Origin: Tubiluchus corallicola
Taxonomy: Eukaryota; Animalia; Priapulida
Length of the DNA stretch: 24,008 nucleotides
NCBI GenBank assembly: GCA_030141605.1
Contig: JAQGDQ010001826.1
Coordinates: 1 to 24,008, forward strand
Direction of reading: 5' to 3'
Made by a program: the position numbers and the translations under genes. The notes beneath the pieces are model-generated. The model saw only the letters and a program-made list of their open reading frames with translations. It made no database searches and was not told the origin of the DNA. Positions 11,618 through 21,658 of the stretch are shown here, one piece after another. The first letter of the stretch is position 1, and each line of letters begins with the position of its first letter.

Positions 11618-11765
11618 AATATCACAGACAAAGTTATCACTCCAGATACGGGAACAGTAAGCTGCCAAGGTGTCTGTTCCAAACCAATATATAATAAAAT
11701 CGTAATTTAAGCATTGGTATCAGAATAATATGATATAAACAGTGCAGATAATTGCAAAGGAACGA
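11618..11765. repeat. 148-bp direct repeat, copy 2
   Basis: Matches 10840-10987 with about 6 substitutions. Confidence 0.93.
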
Positions 11766-12720
11766 TATGTGCAATTGCACATCAGGTGATATCACCTTCA
11801 TAACTTATCATTCCTCTATTGAATGCATTTGCATAAAACTAATGGTTTACAATCACATAATATTATTTTATACAGCATAAATCTACACATTATAACCTTA
11901 TGTAAGTTAAGTTTATAAAAAAATGCAAATTGAGCATACATTTAATACACTTGACTGTAAGTGTTGTAACATGTGTACATCTTGAAAGTGTTGCAGCAGT
12001 TTTTGTAAAATTTTACAAATGCTCGTAAGCGTCACAGCATGTTTTACACAATCATCAGATGAAATGCAAAAATCTGTTATTTTGTTTCTGAAATTCTGAG
12101 CTCAGAATATTGTATTTTTCCTGCCTATAACCAAACGGTGCTGAATAACTCAAACTCTGTGACAATAAAGTTTACACTGTGAAGCCAAATCAATTTAGGC
12201 GAACAAAAGAAGAAGAGGTAGCTAGCATGACAATAAGAAAAGAAAATATCACAATTTACTTTAGGTAAAAGTAAGAAAAAATAGTTATAAAAAGATTTAT
12301 CTGCTTTGTGACGAGAGTTTCTTTTCCTTTATAAGTTCCAAATCTCTTTAGCTATCAAAAAGTCTAAACTTTGTTTCTAAAACTAGAATGCCTAAAAACA
12401 GAGGTTGGAACATTTCCGAATTATCCTAAGGAAAATTGGCGATCGCTCCTTAGTTTTGGCACAAATATCTGATGAATAACTGGCTAGTGAGTTTGAGTCA
12501 AGGCCTTTAATATGTTCTAAATGATTTTTATCGAGAATTTGTACGTGTACCATGTTTTAAGAAATCTAAAAGCTGCTACAAGTGAAGCCACTTTGCCTGC
12601 AGGCCTCTAAAAAGAAACCAGCATATCGGAAAACTAATAAAGGGTCATAGAAAACATTGTGAACTCATTCATTTCAAACAGACCGAGTAACAGTTTCTAG
12701 TTGCAAGTCATTATTTTTAA

Positions 12721-13492
12721 CGGAGCGTTCAAACTAACGAGTTTTCTCTCTGATAGCAAGCTCGCAAGTTACTGTTGACGGCAAGTGTGAACTGTTTTGT
12801 GAGTTACTGTTGGCAAGTTATCGCAAACTCTCTGACAGTTGCTGCGACTCGATTTACTAGCTATAGTGTGAACGCCTCAGCGAGTTACTCTCCACACTTG
12901 CTGTCAGAGAGTAACTCGCAACAAGTTTTGCTCTCTAGTCTAAACACACGTGAATTACTTGGCGAGTTACTCTCGACACTTCTTGCAGTGCCTACAGAAA
13001 TGAGTGTCAGCTCACACTTACTGTCAGAGAATAACTTGCAACAAGCTTTGCTCTCTAGTCTGAACACACATGTGAGTTACTTGGCGAGTTACTCTCCACA
13101 CTTCTTGCAGTGACTACAGAAATGAGTGTCAGCTCACACTTGCTGTCAGAGAGTAACTCACAACAAGTTTTGCTCTCTAGTCTAAACACACATGTGAGTT
13201 ACTTGGCGAGTTACTCTCCACACTTCTTGCAGTGACTACAGAAATGAGTGTCAGCTCACACTTACTGTCAGAGAATAACTTGCAACAAGCTTTGCTCTCT
13301 AGTCTGAACACACGTGTGAGTTACTTGGCGAGTTACTCTCCAAACTTCTTGCAGTGACTACTGAAATGAGTGTCAGCTCACACTTGCTGTCAGAGAGTAA
13401 CTCGCAACAAGTTTTGCTCTCTAGTCTGAACACACGTGTGAGTTACTCGGTGAGTTTGCTTCGCAAGAAAATTCGTTAGTCTGAACGTTCCA
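12721..13492. mobile_element. TIR element (PIF/Harbinger-like MITE) carrying an internal ~122-bp tandem array of ~4.6 copies
   Basis: TIRs CGGAGCGTTCAAACTAACGAGTTTTCT / AGAAAATTCGTTAGTCTGAACGTTCCA, flanked by TAA and TAG. Internal units are marked by CTGTCAGAGA at 12901, 13021, 13143, 13265 and 13387. Confidence 0.75.
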
Positions 13493-13553
13493 TAGCTATC
13501 GTAATCCGAGCCAGTGGTTGGTAACTATTTCAGTCTGCAGAAAAAACTGAGCT

Positions 13554-13732
13554 TCATTGCAGGTACAATGTAGAGATCAGAACCAGCAGGAGAGGCATTG
13601 CACATAGTGCACTAAGCTTCGTGGCACTATTACACTCATCCCAATTACAAAATGATGTGAAATCTTCATATCCATCTTGCCTGTGAAAACTATAACATCC
13701 TCTAATGAAGCCAGGCGGTCCATCTACATGAG
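13554..13732 (-). CDS. Ly6/uPAR (three-finger, quiver/sleepless-like) GPI-anchored protein, exon 3 (terminal)
   Basis: Acceptor ttgcag| at 13733, phase 1. Encodes (T)HVDGPPGFIRGCYSFHRQDGYEDFTSFCNWDECNSATKLSALCAMPLLLVLISTLYLQ*, with RGC, CxxDxCN, small omega-site residues and a hydrophobic tail. Confidence 0.92.
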
Positions 13733-14078
13733 CTGCAATTGACAAAAATATTGACAATTGTAGTTTAAGCTATTGTCTACCAACAGTCTTTCACATACTT
13801 AATTGTGTAGTAACTGTAGTTACTAAAACAACAATGACGTTCCTAGATTTTACAGTTGTGCACATGTGGAAAAACCATCAAACAATAATTTTCTTTTCCA
13901 CTGCTGTATAAAGTTTACTATTGTTTGATTACTAAATTTCATTTCGCTTTTTCATAAGAAAGGTTATAGCGTGTTGAATATTTATCTAACTGCTGTATTA
14001 GTCCGTCTGCCCAGGAGGTTTTGCTCAAGCGAACGAAGTTCCATTATTTGAGTTACGGGTGTTCTGAACTTGACGTCT

Positions 14079-14440
14079 ACCAGGTACCCTGCTCTGCATG
14101 GGACCAGGTACCCTGCTCTGCACGGGACCAGGTACCCTGCTCTGCACGGGACCAGGTACCCTGCTCTGCACGGGACCAGGTACCCTGCTCTGCACGGGAC
14201 CAGGTACCCTGCTCTGCACGGGACCAGGTACCCTGCTTCGCATGGGACCAGGTACCCTGCTCTGCACGGGACCAGGTACCCTGCTCTGCACGGGACCAGG
14301 TACCCTGCTCTGCACGGGACCAGGTACCCTGCTCTGCACGGGACCAGGTACCCTGCTCTGCACGGGACCAGGTACCCTGCTCTGCATGGGACCAGGTACC
14401 CTGCTCTGCATGGGACCAGGTACCCTGCTTCGCATGGGAC
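14079..14440. repeat. 24-bp GC-rich minisatellite, 15 copies, in intron 2 of the Ly6 gene
   Basis: Unit ACCAGGTACCCTGCTCTGCAYGGG. The variant CTTCGCAT occurs at copies 7 and 15. Confidence 0.97.
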
Positions 14441-14993
14441 CCCTATCACCCCCTAAAGTAACCCAAAAAGAGAGCTGGAGTACGTATTGGTATTGCCTTC
14501 GTGTCCAAGAACATTACTCCAAGAACTGTAGGGTATAGATCCACCGTCCACTGCATGAAACCCCCAAACACCAATTAAGGTCCGAGCTTTTTGGCCTATA
14601 TCAAGCATTGGAGGTACCATTCTAGCTTAACATTGACATATCATGGAGTAATTGGTCATACCAAACTAGTGGCCCCCTGGCTTAATCCCTGCCAGACACC
14701 TTTCAATATGCCCCCATTTGAACCTTCAGGTGGCTTGGGCCAGACTAAACATTGAAGGTACTATGCAGAAAAGAACAATTTCAATTGGGTAGTCATATCC
14801 CGCATAACATGACATACCAGATGCCAGACATTAAGCCTTCTACTTAGTACCTGCCAGAAGACCTTTGTTGTGGGTTATTAGAACTTGCTTGTAGTTTAGT
14901 GCACGCCCAAACATAGATAGTATATTATGTAATTTTTGTCAGTTGATGTAGGTTAGTTTTTATTTACATAAAACACATTACTTAAATACTTAC

Positions 14994-15164
14994 TATGATT
15001 AAAAAAGTTTCCTGACACAGTCTTGAAGCACGTGACACAGTCATATGATACAGTTGCATTGTATATGAGACTTTCTTTCAGGTCGCTTTTGTGATCTTCT
15101 TTTTTGTATGGGTCAGCGCATGTGGTGTCATCACCGGTACACTGATAACACTTGAGTGCTGCAC
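14994..15164 (-). CDS. Ly6/uPAR protein exon 2 (171 nt, phase 1/1), absent from the ORF track
   Basis: Acceptor attgcag|, donor A|gtaagt. Encodes (G)AALKCYQCTGDDTTCADPYKKEDHKSDLKESLIYNATVSYDCVTCFKTVSGNFFNH, with the LxCYxC start and CxK motifs. Confidence 0.93.
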
Positions 15165-15189
15165 CTGCAATAAAAAATTATAATTACGC

Positions 15190-15338
15190 TAATTTTTGTG
15201 CTAATTGATGTTCTTCTTCTTCTTCTGTTGCTCTAAACCTCTCTTGTAGACGTTGAGCCTCCATGCTTCATTAGAGCACACTAATGTTGTGCCAATTCAT
15301 GTTCTTCTTCTTCTTCTTCTTCTGTTGCTCTAAACCTC
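15190..15338. repeat. Local duplication of a ~55-bp segment containing (TTC)n
   Basis: CTAAT...TGTGC...ATGTTCTTCTTC...TGTTGCTCTAAACCTC occurs twice, ~92 bp apart. It may derive from a tiny minus-strand retroelement tail with (GAA)n. Confidence 0.6.
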
Positions 15339-16120
15339 GCATTACCAGAAGTATTCAGCGTATCAGAAACATATGCGCAATTTGAATGACTATATTTATA
15401 AATAATGAATGATTTTATGAATTTCTTTCTTTCTATTCATGACCTACAAAAATAATTTTTAAAAAATTGTCATATTTGAACTTTAATAGACCACCTATAC
15501 CAATAAACTTCTTTCATCAATCAAACGCTCTGTCTTACCGTTATGACCATGCTAGCCAATCACCACGCTACCCAGTACCCAGTAGGCATCACCCATTAGT
15601 CGTCTCACCCCCGCTCCAACACACCACAAACACTTTATGACGAAAAATTTGGCATGTGGGAACGAATTGAAAATTTGCTTCCTAGTGAAGAAAGAACTAT
15701 TCCTACAAACATCCCCATTCATGAAAAAGACTTGAGTTTATAAATTTACATACAACACAAAATTCTGTCATGTTAGATTAATAAAAACACTGAAATAAAA
15801 TGGAAAAACTTGGTTAAATTAATGATATGGATGTTACTTTTTTCTGATACAATTTTGCAACTTTTTAAACTGCAATAAATCATTGGCTTTTATTGCACTT
15901 ACATTTCCTATCAGCTTTTGTTAACCAAAAATTCTTTTTCACACGACAGTAAAATGTCATAACATTGTTTTTATACAGAATGTTATCAAAAAATTGTTAT
16001 TATTATCTTAATTTCATTTCCAATACTTCACGTTGATATATGTTTTGTGACGTGACCTACGCGTATAAACTGTTGTTAACAATGTGCGTATGTAATACAG
16101 AGAAATTACTTTACACTTAC

Positions 16121-16187
16121 CCAAAGAGAAAAGTGTTAAAAGTGTAAGTATTTCTAAAATGGTTGCTAATTTGTTCATCTTTTGCAT
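16121..16187 (-). CDS. Ly6/uPAR protein exon 1 (signal peptide); ATG at 16187 or 16178
   Basis: MQKMNKLATILEILTLLTLFSL(G) followed by a consensus donor G|gtaagt at 16120, phase 1. The three exons total 417 nt, giving 138 aa plus stop. Confidence 0.88.
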
Positions 16188-16732
16188 TGTTACGGCTTTG
16201 TTGCTCACACAGGTAGATTCACACCACAGATGAGCAGCTTACTGAAAGCTTGGCTTCTGTTTCTTCATTAACAGGTATTTTGTACACAGGACCCGCTTCA
16301 TTATCCGCGGGGAGGGGTAGGTGGGGTAAAGATAAGTTTTGTGCAGTTTTAATCAACCTGGTCTTTCACATTATGCATTTGATGCTAAACTGACTAGAAT
16401 TTTTAAGGGAGGAAAGAACAAACATTTGAGGAAATGGTAAAAACAAGATTGTTCTTAATTTTTTATTGGGTTAGTCTACCTGCTGGCAAAATGATGCCTG
16501 TCTGTTAGACTGTTACTATTTGTTGGTGTGATTGGTTACTAAGGGATACATTATTTACTTGGGTGGAGTAATATGGGCTTAGTAGTTAGATTATACAGGT
16601 GCTGTCAATGATTAAGCTTTTCATGTCACGTGATAAGTCATTCTTACTGTCAGCACTTGGAAAGGTCGTTTTTAAATGTTTTGTTTCCGTGTTTCCAATG
16701 TTTTAATGTACGACTATATATATATATATATA

Positions 16733-17142
16733 ACAATCTTTATTTGCCATTAAAATACATTGATAATCACTGATAAAAACTTTACAGAGATGATTAATCA
16801 GTGTTAGTTAATAGAAACTTACACTGCTGAAGGCAAATGCGTCAGTGCAATCTAAACTACTGTGCAGTAATGGAAAGTAACGACGAATAAAATCAAACAT
16901 ATTTACAACTATGCACAAAAAAATGAAAAAATTATAATTTAATTTAATTATATAAATTCTGAATTAGTGTGCATGTTGTCGTGCTGGTGTGATGGTATTT
17001 CATATCTGGTTAATATTAGTGATTTTAATTTTGTTTTAAATGTTGATAGGGACTTGATTTGTTTAACCTGTAATGGCAGAGAATTCCAGAGTAGAATTGC
17101 TTGTTTGATTACAGAGTTCGTTCCATAGTGGGTATTTGTCCT
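16733..17142 (-). mobile_element. 5'-truncated CR1/L2-group LINE related to the 8103-8790 copy
   Basis: Manual translation gives RTNTHYGTNSVIKQAILLWNSLPLQVKQIKSLSTFKTKLKSLILTRYE...*. It ends with a minus-strand AATAAA (~16740) next to (TA)n at 16715-16732. Confidence 0.82.
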
Positions 17143-17441
17143 ACATCAACGCAGTGGAAATAAAATTAAACAACTTGGTTGTTTAACTCTTTCTCTTTAA
17201 CAATTTAGCATAATGTAAGAAATTTATTTATACTTTAGAGACTGTTACATTTTAAACACAGATGAGTATAAAAACACACTAGTTAAAAGCAGATCTAAGG
17301 TCAAACTAGTAGAATCGTTTTCATTTTAACCAAAATGTTTTTTTATAAACATATTTTACAAACTTTTGATGTCAACGGCAAAGACGTCAGGCAAAATAAA
17401 AACGAATTTTTTTTACAAGATTCTGCTAAGAGCAATGCATG

Positions 17442-17697
17442 CAGGGCCTATTTCAGCCTAAGCGAGGCCTGGGGAAGTGGTGCGTGTGAGGCCCCCCTGT
17501 GGTTGGGGGGGGGGGGGCTCAACCAGAAAATTTTTGAACAGCTAGAATGCCGGAGAAGCATTTTCGAAGACAAAAATATGGAGTTATGCAGTTGTTAAAG
17601 GAAAGAACAATTGAAAGAAAAACTGCTTTATTCTCAAGACCAGCCCTTAATACTTGTCAATACTGGCAAACGGCACGCGTGCGGTAAGAGAAAGAGA

Positions 17698-17757
<60 letters not shown>

Positions 17758-17866
17758 AGGCAGTATGTTCGCATAAAGCAAAAATAATGTTACCTTGGCG
17801 CGAGGCCCCCCTGGAGGGTGAGGGCCTTGGGAACCATCCCCACTCCCCCCCCTGAAATAGGCCCTG
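17442..17866. mobile_element. hAT MITE containing a (GA)n microsatellite
   Basis: Perfect 15-bp TIR CAGGGCCTATTTCAG / CTGAAATAGGCCCTG. 8-bp TSD AATGCATG / AATGCATA (7 of 8). (GA)n at ~17702-17753. Confidence 0.9.
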
Positions 17867-17947
17867 AATGCATAACAAAAATGTGACTGTATGACTTAAA
17901 AAACACAAGTTTAGCTTGCTTACTTAAATCAGTGTTTTCTATTGCAG

Positions 17948-18318
17948 TTAAAATAGCTGATAAACAGGAACTGGCTGCCGTGCTTCAAACCACCCAGCGA
18001 AGAATCGAATCACTTACTGAAGAAGCGTGTGATAAAACTTTGGAAAGTGAAGATGCAGAACCACAAAACGATAAAACTTTGGTGGAAAGTGCAGACGCAG
18101 AACCACAAAACGATAAAACTTTGGACAGTGGAGACGCGGAACCACAAAACGATAAAACTTTGGACAGTGGAGACGCGGAATCACAGAACGATAAAACTTT
18201 GGACAGTGGAGATGCAGAACCACGAGACAATAACACAGAACCTGCCAGCGACGAACAGCGTCACTTCCAGAAAGCAGCTAGTGAGCTTATACAACTGTGT
18301 TTAACAAAATGTTCTTGA
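17948..18318 (+). CDS. NCAPG2: NCAPG2 terminal exon with an acidic tandem-repeat insertion
   Basis: Acceptor ttctattgcag|. Phase 1 matches the donor at 5043 (G|TT = Val). Encodes KIADKQELAAVLQTTQRRIESLTEEAC-[repeat]-...DEQRHFQKAASELIQLCLTKCS*. The helices flanking the repeat correspond in position to the last two helices of vertebrate NCAPG2 as recalled. Confidence 0.75.
18031..18228 (+). repeat. Coding 39-bp minisatellite, 5 copies (13 aa; one 14-aa copy)
   Basis: GATAAAACTTTGGACAGTGGAGACGCGGAACCACAAAAC encodes DKTLDSGDAEPQN. The only indel is 3 nt. Confidence 0.93.
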
Positions 18319-18364
18319 GTGCATGATTATACATGTATTATGGTTACAATGACGTCCTTTTTGA

Positions 18365-18610
18365 AGAATAATAAATAATAATAATCTTTATTTAAAGTCG
18401 GCTTTTATGTGAACAATTAACACATCCTCAAAGAGGTACTGCCGCCAAATGTAAATAACAACGTACAACTACATAACAGAGACTATTATTACCCCACTTT
18501 TACCCTAAACACCACGCGCGCCAGGCAGGGCAACAGCAGGTAGCATTTTTAAAGTTTTTGGTAACGAGGGTTTGACACAGCCGCTCTATTGAACTCACGA
18601 CCTACCAAAG
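18365..18610 (-). mobile_element. tRNA-derived SINE with a MetaSINE/RUDI-like core, 5' part decayed
   Basis: On the minus strand: B-box-like GTGAGTTCAAT (~18598-18588), then GTCAAACC...CCAAAAACTTTAAAAATGCTACCTGCTGTTGCCCTGCCTGGCGC, ending in AATAAAG(ATT)n. The family name rests on a recalled consensus. Confidence 0.65.
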
Positions 18611-18875
18611 ATGACGACTATTAACACCTTTGTTAGTCATGATTTTTGCTTGTTGACAAATTCCAGATTTCTGTCATCAAGTGACTGTAAGATGGTCTTG
18701 TGAGTGGTAAAAAGAAAGAGTAGTTTTTATTTTAGTTACAGGTGATATTGACATTTGTCAATTACCACGACATGGATTGTAGATTTCAGATTATTTTTAG
18801 TATTTTTGCATTTAGTTTTCATTCATTTTAGTTTCATCGTCACTAAAAACATTTTATATCCTGTTTAGCAATTTT

Positions 18876-19444
18876 GCTGATTGACTGCTCGTGTGTTTTT
18901 CTTACGCTGATTGACTGCTCGTGTGTTTTTCTTACGCTGATTGACTGCTCGTGTTTTTCTTACGCTGATTGACTGCTCGTGTGTTTTTCTTGCGCTGATT
19001 GACTGCTCTTGTGTTTTTCTTACGCTGATTGACTGCTCGTGTGTTTTTCTTACGCTGATTGACTGCTCGTGTTTTTCTTACCCTGATTGACTGCTCTTGT
19101 GTTTTTCTTACGCTGATTGACTGCTCGTGTGTTTTTCTTACGCTGATTGACTGCTCTTGTGTTTTTCTTACGCTGATTGACTGCTCGTGTGTTTTTCTTA
19201 CGCTGATTGACTGCTCGTGTGTTTTTCTTACGCTGATTGACTGCTCGTGTGTTTTTCTTACGCTGATTGACTGCTCGTGTGTTTTTCTTATGCTGATTGA
19301 CTGCTCGTGTGTTTTTCTTACGCTGATTGACTGCTCGTGTGCTTTTCTTGCGCTGATTGACTGCTCTTGTGTTTTTCTTACGCTGATTGACTGCTCATGT
19401 GTTTTTCTTACGCTGATTGACTGCTCGTGTGTTTTTCTTACGCT
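18876..19444. repeat. 30-bp minisatellite, ~19 copies
   Basis: Unit GCTGATTGACTGCTCGTGTGTTTTTCTTAC. Two copies are 28 bp. Confidence 0.97.
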
Positions 19445-20951
19445 ATTTATACGTTCAATGGAGGTAAATAATCATTTTTTTAATCTGTAATTGAAATGAA
19501 GTTTATTCATTTGCATTACAAGTTTAATAATGATGTCGTTATATTGTCACATTTCTTGCAACTTTTCAAAATTCACCGCATCCTTCGGAGAGACTTCAAA
19601 ATCTTATTATCACCTGATGTAGACTCATAAATCATACTATATAACCTCTAATTTGCACAATTACTTGCAGTCAGATTAGCAAAAAAAAGCACAACTTTAT
19701 ACCTAATTGATACCATCATTAAACTACATCAGTTAACCATAAATAGTACTTTATGTTGATTATTTTGCTTTTGGCTATGCAAATTGTAAAAATTATATAT
19801 TCTTAAAACACCACAGCTTTATTAAAATTTTTAATTCAAGTAGTTAATTGCAAAAGTTTAGTAATTAGTATTAGCTTACAAAAGTTTTAATAAAGTTGTG
19901 ATATTTTAACTATAAATGTTTTTAAGTACCTGTAATAAAAGAATTGACTTGGATTATATATTCTGATTTATGAATCAAAATTACATAATTAATTTGTATG
20001 ACAAATTAATTCTGCAGGTATTTTGCACCATATTGTTTAGTATATTGTTTATAAGGATACCAACAGCTTCATGCAGGTTTTTTTATTTATGTAAATTTAA
20101 TATTAGATATTACGACAGTCTAAAATTATCAGAATTTAGTTTGCTAGACGCCTGTTAGTTCAAAAATAATTATGCGCGTTTATATAATGTAAACAGTCCT
20201 CGATTACGTAATTGTGACGTCGACAGTAAAATTCCAAAACAAGTCTTGCACTTTTGTATAAAGCTCTTGCCAATTGTGAGATGTAGTTATAATGCTTTTG
20301 ACATTAAAAAATGTTGACTATTATTAGTGTTTAACTGCGTGGTGCAAACGAGTTGTACTAAAAAACAATTTTTATTGAGATGGTATCTATTGAAACTGTT
20401 TGTACAAATTTGATAGGATACATAAATGAATTTTGTACACTATAATTTAGACTAGTGAAAAAAGTTTGATAATCAGTTTGTGTTTTTTTAACTTTGTGGC
20501 ATTTCTCAATAAACATTTAAACGGAATATCATGCTGTCATTGCTTTGATGGGTGAAATGAACAGTGATAAAAAGACGCGATCGTATGAAACAAGTATAAG
20601 ATACTACTTCAGAGGTTCAGAAGATACAAGATATATATAATATACATATAACTCATATGACTTACACAATAACATGATTGCATAATATGATTGCAAGAAC
20701 TTATATGAAGAAAAACAAAAAAACAAATCAAAAAAGAAAAAAGATTTTTGGAAAAATGAATCAAAACACCAAACGTGATTTTATAGCATAAAAAATTAAC
20801 AGTGAAGAAAGTTAAATATCTGCGATTAGTCGAAATTATCAACTAAATCCAACAGCCACATGTATCAGCATAAAGAATGGTGCAATACCCAAAGCGCATT
20901 AGTGGTGAATCAAATTCTGTATTTTGTGTACTTCCATTTTTTAAATAAGTT

Positions 20952-21453
20952 CAGTCATAGCTCCGTTGTCGAACGTCTCCGTACTCGTACAAATCGGTTT
21001 TTGACCAGAAGATTCGAGCTAAAATTGTCTCCGCTCTCGACCAGAATTTCGGTACTCGACCAACCGCCAAACATGTGCGGCGAGCCGAGTAGAGCCGAGC
21101 GTAACCGACCGCACCAAAGAGTTGTCACGCACAAGATTTGAATCGCCTAACATCGCTAACTGCTTTCTACACTTATTTTTCTTCGCTTTTTCATGCAAAG
21201 AACAATTATGTTTTTCTTTCACTGTAATTCTATTATGTTTTTCTTATCAATTATATCATGTCTATTGTCTGAATAAGCATTTTTGCATCATTATATCTCC
21301 TTTTAGTAATAATTTACAGTTCATTTGGTGCTTGAGAACGAATTATTTGCTTTTACATTATTTCTTATGGGAATAAATTTTTCGGTTCTCAACCAAATCG
21401 GTTTTCAAAAACTTTTTAGGAACGAATTATGGTCGAAAACAGAGGTACTGCTG
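20952..21453. mobile_element. pogo/Tigger-like MITE, diverged
   Basis: Left end CAGTCATAGCTCCGTTGTCGA; right end TCGAAAACAGAGGTACTGCTG|TA. GGAACGAATTA and repeated CGGTWCTCGACC subterminal motifs are present. Confidence 0.7.
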
Positions 21454-21658
21454 TATAATACTATTTTAATATATTTCTATGTAAATTAAACATACACTGT
21501 GGTATATTATATTATATTATCAAAGTGAATTAACAGCTACAAATGATAATAGAAATTACTGCAGTAGAAAATTGAAAATGTTGTAAAAGAAATCTGAATT
21601 AATTTGTAAATCTTTTTTCTCTGATGGAACATCATGTCACTACGTGCAAAAGCAAATA

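Noticed and set aside
10859-11668. Long repetitive ORFs (269, 211 and 167 aa)
   Set aside because: They are by-products of a 51-bp unit divisible by 3, open in several frames on both strands, with no splice or homology support.
13982-14538. Five overlapping repetitive ORFs
   Set aside because: A 24-bp unit without stops, lying inside intron 2 of the Ly6 gene.
15520-15560. tRNA/SINE-head-like GGCTAGCATGGTCATAACGGTAAGAC on the minus strand
   Set aside because: No recognisable B box or cloverleaf.
16241-16284. Possible Ly6 core promoter (minus-strand TCAGT Inr-like motif and TACAAAATA)
   Set aside because: The motifs are short and degenerate and their spacing (~41 nt) is off; a call would need TSS data.
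17985-18304. Alternative-frame and antisense ORFs over the terminal exon
   Set aside because: Shadows of the 39-bp coding repeat; only the frame ending at 18318 matches the upstream splice phase.
14079-19444. CRISPR-like appearance of the 24-bp and 30-bp arrays
   Set aside because: The units are head-to-tail with no unique spacers, no cas genes are present and the context is eukaryotic.
19059-19490. CSCVFLTLID repeat ORF
   Set aside because: A 30-bp minisatellite with frameshifting 28-bp copies upstream and a TTG start.
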